Shown here one piece after another: positions 16,286-22,383 of a stretch of 53,157 nt of DNA (its first letter is position 1; the number at the start of each line of letters is the position of its first letter). Made by a program: the position numbers and the translations under genes. This DNA comes from an uncultured Eubacteriales bacterium (GTDB lineage Bacteria > Bacillota > Clostridia > UMGS1883): NCBI GenBank assembly GCA_905195005.1, contig CAJJUC010000001.1, positions 1-53,157 of the forward strand. Reading direction: 5' to 3'. Under the pieces are notes generated by a model. That model worked only from the letters and a program-made list of their open reading frames with translations, made no database searches and was not told where the DNA came from.

Positions 16286-17626
16286 TCAATTCCTTTCCGC
16301 AGATTCTATTGTTATTGTATCGCCCGTTACCTTAAGCACCTTCCCGTCAACCGGGCTGTGAATGGGCAGCCCCAATGCATTTTCGGGCGCTTCGGCGATG
16401 CAGTCGCCGCGCTTCACGCTTTGCCCCTCGGAAACCACGCACACGCTCGGGGCGCCGATATTCTGCCTGAGAGAGATATAAAGGCGTTTTACCTTTATTT
16501 CATCCTCAACGAGCGGCGAAGCATTATTATATTTTTCAAGGTCAAGCTTTTGCCTGAGCCTTGCAGTTGTCACTCTCCTGAAATCGCGTTCCTCAAGAGG
16601 AACCGCTTTTATTTTATCAAAGGTCTTAAGACCGTTTTTCTGAATCACTTTCTTTGCAAAGCCGATAAGCGTTCTGGGGTTAAGCCCCTGCTTGCAGGCA
16701 ACCATTTCACAAATTCCGCACTGCGAACAGTACTGCGTGTTAAGAAATGCTTTTGTATTCGTCGCATCGTCATTTTTCACGCCGCGCATGAACATGTGCG
16801 GTTCAATCGGATAACCGAGCAAATGCCTGGGGCACATATCCGTGCACATTCTGCACTGGCAGCACGCACTCATGGCGCGCCTTTTCAGAACGTTTACGTT
16901 TTGCATACGCTGCGCGATAACAGGATTCGTTCTCGGCAGCGCCAAAACTCCGTTTGTTGTTTTTTTGACGGTGTCATCACTTTTTGCGAGATTGCCCGTC
17001 ATCGGACCGCCGTTTAACAAAACGGTGTCGTCCTCGGTCGCTCCGCCGGCAAGCTCAACAAGATAACTGAGCGGTGTTCCGAGCGGAACGCAGTATGTCT
17101 GCGGATTTTTAACGGCTCCGCCGACCGTTACGTACTTATGCGTCACGCACTCGCCGTGAAGTGCGCGGTATGTATTAAGAATCGTTTCAACATTATAAAC
17201 GATTACCTTAACATCTATCGGGAGACCCCCGGCAGGCACGACACGTCCTGTCGTGTCATTGATGAGAATAATCTCATCGCCTGCCGGATAAACCTCCTTA
17301 AGATATTTTACTTCTCCGTGTTCGAACGCAGCAATATCGCGCTCGACAGCCTCCGCAGTGCTTGCATAGCCCTTTTTCAAAGCTACATAAAAATGTTCTG
17401 CACCGAGACTTTCGCGGATAACGTCAAGAGTGCTTATGATTTCATAAGAATAACGGCGCAGAAGCTGACGGTGAAGCCTGAAAAGCGGCTCACATTCCGC
17501 ACAGTTAAGAATAACCGTGTCAGCCTTGTCGTTAAGTTTTGCATATCCCGGAAATCCGGCGCCGCCGGCACCGGCAATACCGCAATTCTTCATCAAACCT
17601 TTAAGTTCGTCTAACCTCATTGCCAT
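16286..17626 (-). CDS. PduS/RnfC-like flavin and Fe-S oxidoreductase
   Basis: GAGGAGFPGYAKL nucleotide/flavin motif, SLBB-like region, and two ferredoxin motifs CCQCRMCTDMCP and CSQCGICEMVAC. Confidence 0.75.
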   Translation of the reverse strand: MAMRLDELKGLMKNCGIAGAGGAGFPGYAKLNDKADTVILNCAECEPLFRLHRQLLRRYSYEIISTLDVIRESLGAEHFYVALKKGYASTAEAVERDIAAFEHGEVKYLKEVYPAGDEIILINDTTGRVVPAGGLPIDVKVIVYNVETILNTYRALHGECVTHKYVTVGGAVKNPQTYCVPLGTPLSYLVELAGGATEDDTVLLNGGPMTGNLAKSDDTVKKTTNGVLALPRTNPVIAQRMQNVNVLKRRAMSACCQCRMCTDMCPRHLLGYPIEPHMFMRGVKNDDATNTKAFLNTQYCSQCGICEMVACKQGLNPRTLIGFAKKVIQKNGLKTFDKIKAVPLEERDFRRVTTARLRQKLDLEKYNNASPLVEDEIKVKRLYISLRQNIGAPSVCVVSEGQSVKRGDCIAEAPENALGLPIHSPVDGKVLKVTGDTITIESAERN

Positions 17627-17641
17627 TCCCTTTCCGTCTTA

Positions 17642-17908
17642 TCAGTGAATCGAAGAAACATCGTCGATGATTCCGACGATAGCCGCGTCAACGGGCGCGC
17701 TTTCCTCGTCCGTTCCTATTCTTGCGGCGCTTCCCATCGCCACAAGAACAGCTTCGCCCATACCGGCGCCGACATTGTCAACCGCGACAATGCGCTTTGC
17801 CTCCGGGCCGAATCCGGGAAGCGTTTCCACGATCATAAACTTATTTCCTACAAGCTTTTCGTTCTTGCGCGTCGAAACAAGTGTTCCGACAACCTTACCG
17901 ACTAACAT
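17642..17908 (-). CDS. BMC vertex protein (BMC-P; EutN/PduN/CcmL family)
   Basis: MLVGKVVGTLVSTRKNEKLVGNKFMIVETL..., 88 aa. Confidence 0.85.
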   Translation of the reverse strand: MLVGKVVGTLVSTRKNEKLVGNKFMIVETLPGFGPEAKRIVAVDNVGAGMGEAVLVAMGSAARIGTDEESAPVDAAIVGIIDDVSSIH

Positions 17909-17922
17909 TGAATTTCCTCCGA

Positions 17923-18201
17923 TTATTTAAGAGAGGGAAGAATTTTTTCAACATCAGTGTGAGGACGGGGAATTACGTGAACCGCGATAAGCTCGCCGAG
18001 CTTGCTTGCATTTGCGCTGCCTGCGTCAACAGCTGCTTTAACGGCGCCGACGTCGCCCCTTACCATAACGCTTACAAGACCGCTGCCGATTTTCTCCGTT
18101 CCGATAAGTGTTACGTTTGCTGCCTTAAGCATAGAATCCGCTGCTTCGATTGCCGCAACAAGACCTCTTGTTTCTACCATTCCGAGTGCTTCCTGTGTCA
18201 T
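17923..18201 (-). CDS. PduA/PduJ-like BMC-H shell protein (paralog A)
   Basis: ATG 18201 sits 8 nt after AAGGAGG and gives [22 protein letters not shown]... The ORF-track version (to 18276) adds [25 protein letters not shown], so the start is ambiguous. Confidence 0.85.
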   Translation of the reverse strand: MTQEALGMVETRGLVAAIEAADSMLKAANVTLIGTEKIGSGLVSVMVRGDVGAVKAAVDAGSANASKLGELIAVHVIPRPHTDVEKILPSLK

Positions 18202-18292
18202 AACCTTAACCTCCTTATTTATTTCAGCCGCCGCCGGAGCAGCAGCCTTTTTTGCCTGTTTTTTTTCAGCCATCATTTTTCACCCTTTCCGA

Positions 18293-18568
18293 TTAAAGAG
18301 TCGGAAGAATTTTCTCAACGTCAGTGTGAGGACGGGGAATTACGTGAACTGCGATAAGCTCGCCGAGCCTGCTTGCGCTTGTGCTGCCTGCTTCAACTGC
18401 TGCCTTAACTGCGCCGACGTCGCCCCTTACCATAACGCTTACAAGACCGCTGCCGATCTTTTCCGTTCCGATAAGCGTTACCTCTGCCGCTTTAACCATA
18501 GCGTCTGCTGCTTCAACCGCCGCAACAAGACCTCTTGTTTCAATCATACCCAATGCTTCCTGAGCCAT
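18293..18568 (-). CDS. PduA/PduJ-like BMC-H shell protein (paralog B)
   Basis: [61 protein letters not shown]... Confidence 0.9.
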   Translation of the reverse strand: MAQEALGMIETRGLVAAVEAADAMVKAAEVTLIGTEKIGSGLVSVMVRGDVGAVKAAVEAGSTSASRLGELIAVHVIPRPHTDVEKILPTL

Positions 18569-18600
18569 TGTATGTACCTCCTATATAAATAATAATTATT

Positions 18601-19800
18601 TTACTTGTTTACGATGGCGATCTTAAGACCTTCCATCTTCAGGTTTGTAACGTGCGCTTCGTTAATCTCGCTGAGCGGGAAGCGGTGCGTTATAAGCTCC
18701 GACATCGGAAGACCGATAGCCTTTGCTCTCTTGAGAAAATCAAACGTTGTTGCATAATCGCGGAGCGTGTAAACCCACGAGCCGACAATCGTGATTTCCT
18801 TTGAACAAATATCAAAGTGCGGATTAATCGCAGCGTCGCCTCCGTTGATGAAGAAGCCGAGCTCGCAAAGTCCGCCGCCGTTGCGGATAAACTTATATAT
18901 ATTGCTGTGTGCCGCCGGAGCGCCCGTGCACTGGAAAGCAAAGTCGGCAAGATGACCGCCGAAGGTTGCCTCAACCGCACCGGTGAGAGCTTCAATGCCC
19001 TTATGCTCCGTGAAGTTGACCGTTTTGTCCGCGCCCATTTTCTTTGCAAATTCAAGGCGTTTCGGCTGACCGTCAACCGCTGTGATATTTTCAATACCCA
19101 TTGTTCTGAGAACGGCTATGCAGATAAGACCGATAGGTCCGCAGCCCTGAACGACAACGCGGCTGTTGAAGCGCAGGATTCCCGTTGTTTTTGCACGCTC
19201 AACCGCGTGAACGAGAACTGCGCACGGCTCTATAAGTATTCTCGAATCAAGGTCAAGGTCGCTTACGTTGAACACGGAAGATCCCTTTCTGATAAGAATA
19301 TAATCGGAGAACCAGCCGTTAAGGTGCACATCGTCATCGGGAAGAAGTCCGTAAACATCCGCTCCGCCGACATTCTGCTTGTTAAGGTCAAACATTGTGA
19401 TATCGGGATTATCCTTAAATATCATGCAGGTTACAACCTTATCGCCGACAGAAAGCTTCTTTCCGGCGCTGTCAACCTTTACGTCCTTGCCCATCTTAAC
19501 GATTTCGCCCGTTCCCTCGTGACCGAGAACAACAGGGATAAGACCGAAGGGGTCGCGCTTAAATTCATGCGCGTCCGTGCCGCAGATGCCGCAGCCCTCA
19601 ACCTTTACGAGAATATCGCCGTCACCAACCTCGGGAATGGGATATTCCTTAATGTCATAATGTTCAAGCTTTGTAAGCATTGCAACGCGAGCCGTTTTCG
19701 GGATAGGACCCGACGCACTCGGAGCGGCAGCCGGAGCGCCGTTCATTTCACTGAGCACCTGCTTTACAATCTGCTGAATTTTTTCAGAATTGATGTCCAT
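18601..19800 (-). CDS. zinc-dependent (MDR-family) alcohol dehydrogenase with an N-terminal encapsulation peptide and Ala/Pro linker
   Basis: ORF 18601-19833 trimmed to ATG 19800. N-terminus MDINSEKIQQIVKQVLSEMNGAPAAAPSASGPIP, then the ADH core with CGICGTDAHEF and GHEGTGEIV. Confidence 0.8.
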   Translation of the reverse strand: MDINSEKIQQIVKQVLSEMNGAPAAAPSASGPIPKTARVAMLTKLEHYDIKEYPIPEVGDGDILVKVEGCGICGTDAHEFKRDPFGLIPVVLGHEGTGEIVKMGKDVKVDSAGKKLSVGDKVVTCMIFKDNPDITMFDLNKQNVGGADVYGLLPDDDVHLNGWFSDYILIRKGSSVFNVSDLDLDSRILIEPCAVLVHAVERAKTTGILRFNSRVVVQGCGPIGLICIAVLRTMGIENITAVDGQPKRLEFAKKMGADKTVNFTEHKGIEALTGAVEATFGGHLADFAFQCTGAPAAHSNIYKFIRNGGGLCELGFFINGGDAAINPHFDICSKEITIVGSWVYTLRDYATTFDFLKRAKAIGLPMSELITHRFPLSEINEAHVTNLKMEGLKIAIVNK

Positions 19801-19865
19801 TGTATCATTCCTTTCTTTCCGTCCGTATCGCAAACGGAAAAATCATTGACAATCCGCCGGGCGGA

Positions 19866-20660
19866 TTATTTGCCCATTGCTTCAAGAACCTTTTTTGTGA
19901 TTTCCGCTACAAGGTCATTGTCGCCTTTTTTGCCGTTCGAGCAGCCGCCGCAGCTGTGGCAGCTTGCCTTACCGTCACGGTTGTTCGGGCAGAGATCTGC
20001 CGGATGCTTACCCTTAAGACCGAACTGACGGCGGATTTCGTACAGGCGCTGAACCTGCTCCTCATTAAGCTCCTTAGGACCGCCGAGCTGCTTTGAATTG
20101 AAGAGAAGCTGTGCATAAAACTCAACGGATTCCATCTTATGATATGCGTTCAGAAGCGAATCGCTGTAGGAAAGTGCGCCGTGGTTGGCAAGAAGAACAG
20201 CGTCAAAATGCTGAAGATACTTTTCAACAGCATCCGGAATTTCGTTTGTCGAAGGTGTGCCGTACTCGGCAATCGGAACGCAGCCGAGAGCGATGACAGC
20301 CTCGGGCATAATCGGCTGAGTCAGCGGAATGCCTGCAATTGCAAAGCTTGTTGCATAGATGGGATGAGCATGCACAACGCTTCTGACGTCGGGACGCTCT
20401 TTGTAAACTCTCATATGCATTTTGATTTCGCTGGAGGGCTTGAACGAACCGTTTGCTTCAAGCACCTTTCCCTCCTTATCGACCTTGCAGATGTAATCGG
20501 GAGTCATGAAGCCCTTGCTTACGCCCGTGGGTGTGCAAAGAAACTCGTTGTCGGAAATTTTAACCGAGATGTTGCCGTCGTTTGCGGCAACCATGCCTCT
20601 GTCATAAATTCTTTTACCGATTTCGCAAATCTGTTTTTTGATTTCGTACTCGTTTACCAT
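19866..20660 (-). CDS. class II aldolase (L-fuculose/rhamnulose-1-phosphate aldolase-like) with a Cys-rich linker and C-terminal encapsulation peptide
   Basis: ORF 19866-20669 trimmed to ATG 20660 (AAAGGA RBS). NDGNISVK and VVHAHPIYAT are class II aldolase motifs. Tail: CPNNRDGKASCHSCGGCSNGKKGDNDLVAEITKKVLEAMGK. Confidence 0.8.
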   Translation of the reverse strand: MVNEYEIKKQICEIGKRIYDRGMVAANDGNISVKISDNEFLCTPTGVSKGFMTPDYICKVDKEGKVLEANGSFKPSSEIKMHMRVYKERPDVRSVVHAHPIYATSFAIAGIPLTQPIMPEAVIALGCVPIAEYGTPSTNEIPDAVEKYLQHFDAVLLANHGALSYSDSLLNAYHKMESVEFYAQLLFNSKQLGGPKELNEEQVQRLYEIRRQFGLKGKHPADLCPNNRDGKASCHSCGGCSNGKKGDNDLVAEITKKVLEAMGK

Positions 20661-20721
20661 ATGTTTCATCCTTTCAAAAAGAAATTAATTAATAGCTGTT
20701 TCAAATTGTTGGCTTATGTTT

Positions 20722-20750
20722 ATTTTACACTCATTACAGCGTGTTGTCAA
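20722..20750 (-). promoter_or_regulatory. sigma-A-type promoter for the aldolase-to-pduL transcription unit
   Basis: Minus strand TTGACA (20750-20745), 17-nt spacer, TAAAAT (20727-20722). Confidence 0.5.
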
Positions 20751-20760
20751 TAGTATTTTG

Positions 20761-20780
20761 TGGTTTTTTGTGGTTTTTTG
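20761..20780 (-). repeat. perfect tandem 10-mer (tggttttttg x2), giving phased A-tracts upstream of the -35 (UP-element-like)
   Basis: 20761-20770 equals 20771-20780. On the minus strand it reads caaaaaaccacaaaaaacca, just 5' of the -35. Confidence 0.5.
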
Positions 20781-20786
20781 CCTATT

Positions 20787-21215
20787 TTATTGAGAAAGAT
20801 AGTTTAAAATCTCACTTATTCCCTCGTTATTGTATGATGAGGTGAAGAAAATCCGCTTGCAGCCGGCAATTCTAAGCCACATTTCCGCCATATCCGGGCG
20901 TGCGTGCGGCGCGTCCGTTTTTGTGACAATTCCTATAACCTCCCTGTTTGCCATCGGAGCAACGTTCGGGGGGTAGAGTGAATACGGTTCTGTTGCCGAA
21001 AGCAGCAGCCCCACCACATCAGCCTCATAAGAATAGAGCGCAAGCGCACGTCCGAGCTCGGGGTTTTCGGCATATTCGCCGGGGGTATCTATCACCGCGC
21101 CGCCGAAATTGACATACTGTGTTTTGTGATAATGAAGTTTCTCTCCGCGCAGCGCCTGCAGCAGCGTTGTTTTTCCTGCCTCGCTTCTTCCGATTAAAAT
21201 AAGCTTTTTCATCAT
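20787..21215 (-). CDS. EutP/PduV-family small GTPase
   Basis: ORF 20787-21233; the likely start ATG 21215 overlaps the upstream stop (ATGA). P-loop GRSEAGKTTLLQAL, DTPGEY, TKTD. Confidence 0.75.
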   Translation of the reverse strand: MMKKLILIGRSEAGKTTLLQALRGEKLHYHKTQYVNFGGAVIDTPGEYAENPELGRALALYSYEADVVGLLLSATEPYSLYPPNVAPMANREVIGIVTKTDAPHARPDMAEMWLRIAGCKRIFFTSSYNNEGISEILNYLSQ

Positions 21216-21580
21216 GTTTTTGTTATCGGGCAAACTGTGAAGCCGAGCGTTTTTTCCGCATATGCGACAACCGCGCTTACCGAAGCGTCAACCTCGGAAA
21301 CGGTTCCCGTCACAATAAGCGTTCCGCTGAAACGGTCAACAAATCCAATCTCAACGCCCGACGCCTTGATTGCAATATCACCGGCAATAATCGCTGTTTC
21401 GCTCGGAGTCATCGTAATAATTCCGATTGCCGATTTTGAATAGTCAACCGAAGGATCCAATCCGAGCTTTCTGTACAGAATTTCATCCGGATTTGCAATG
21501 ACATGCGCAAGCGTTATCTGCTTGCCGGGGACAATTTCCTGTATTATCCGCATTTTGTCCTTTAATTCAAATTCATTCAC
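21212..21580 (-). CDS. circularly permuted BMC shell protein (PduU/EutS-like)
   Basis: 122 aa. RIIQEIVPGKQITLAHVIANPDEILYRKLGL...SAIGIITMTP matches the PduU/EutS pattern. Confidence 0.8.
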   Translation of the reverse strand: MNEFELKDKMRIIQEIVPGKQITLAHVIANPDEILYRKLGLDPSVDYSKSAIGIITMTPSETAIIAGDIAIKASGVEIGFVDRFSGTLIVTGTVSEVDASVSAVVAYAEKTLGFTVCPITKT

Positions 21581-21584
21581 GCTG

Positions 21585-22370
21585 TCATCCCCCGATCTTT
21601 GCTTTCATTCCGCATTGCTCCGCCACAGCCTTAAGCCGCTGCATTTTCTCATCCGACGGCGGTTCAAGCTCTCCCATGCCGTAATCCCTGCCGAGCCAGC
21701 CGTACTTGTCCCGTCCGAGCTGATGATACGGCAGCAGATTGATTTCCTCAACATGCATTTTATCGTGTGCAAACCGCGCAATTTCCGCAATTTCCTCCTC
21801 TGTGTCGTTAAAAGTCGGAATTGTCGGCACGCGGACGATGCACTTTTTCGCATTCTGCGCAATTTTAACCGCGTTTTCAAGAATAAGCGAATTGTCGCGC
21901 GTTGTAAACTGCTTATGTTTTTCGCTGTTTATGTGCTTTATGTCGAGAAGATATGTATCGATATAAGGCAGCAGCCTTGCAATTGTTTCAAAGGAGGCGC
22001 AGCCCGTCGATTCCACCGCCGTGTTTATTCCGTGATTCTTTGCAAGCTTCAAAAGAGCAAGCGAAAAATCGGGCTGCATCAGCATTTCGCCGCCGGAAAG
22101 CGTCATTCCTCCGCCGCTGCGGCGGTAATACGATATATCCTTTTTAACCTCGGCAAAAACCTCCGCCGCCGTCACATCGCGCCCTACAAGCTTTGACCCG
22201 TCCGGCATATTCATCGTCTGAAACTCGAATTTCTGCGATTCGGGATTGCAGCACCAACGGCAGCGCAGCGGACAGCCCTTCAGAAAAACAATCGTTCTGA
22301 TCCCCGGTCCATCGTGCACCGAGTATTTCTGTATGTCAAATATTCTGCCCTTTACGTTTGAGTAGTCCAT
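21585..22370 (-). CDS. glycyl-radical enzyme activase (radical SAM, short PflA-like form)
   Basis: 261 aa. VHDGPGIRTIVFLKGCPLRCRWCCNPES carries the CxxxCxxC motif. No CxxCxxCxxxC ferredoxin-type insert is visible after it. Confidence 0.9.
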   Translation of the reverse strand: MDYSNVKGRIFDIQKYSVHDGPGIRTIVFLKGCPLRCRWCCNPESQKFEFQTMNMPDGSKLVGRDVTAAEVFAEVKKDISYYRRSGGGMTLSGGEMLMQPDFSLALLKLAKNHGINTAVESTGCASFETIARLLPYIDTYLLDIKHINSEKHKQFTTRDNSLILENAVKIAQNAKKCIVRVPTIPTFNDTEEEIAEIARFAHDKMHVEEINLLPYHQLGRDKYGWLGRDYGMGELEPPSDEKMQRLKAVAEQCGMKAKIGG

Positions 22371-22383
22371 TTCTGCCTCCTTA

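Larger units (their letters stand above)
17923..18568 (-). repeat. tandem gene duplication of the BMC-H shell gene
   Basis: The two copies align base-for-base over ~275 nt, including an identical 47-nt run gcgccgacgtcgccccttaccataacgcttacaagaccgctgccgat. Proteins differ at about 11 of 91 positions. Confidence 0.8.

Noticed and set aside
18817-20028. 403-aa plus-strand ORF antisense to the alcohol dehydrogenase and aldolase genes
   Set aside because: It is the mirror frame of two well-supported minus-strand genes. It has no RBS, a low-complexity Arg/Leu/Asn-rich composition and no motif, so it is a typical antisense artefact.
20756-20780. Tandem tggttttttg repeat as a mini-CRISPR or specific regulator site
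   Set aside because: It has only two 10-nt units with no spacers. On the coding strand these are phased A-tracts directly upstream of a -35 box, which is more simply an UP-element or DNA-bending feature.
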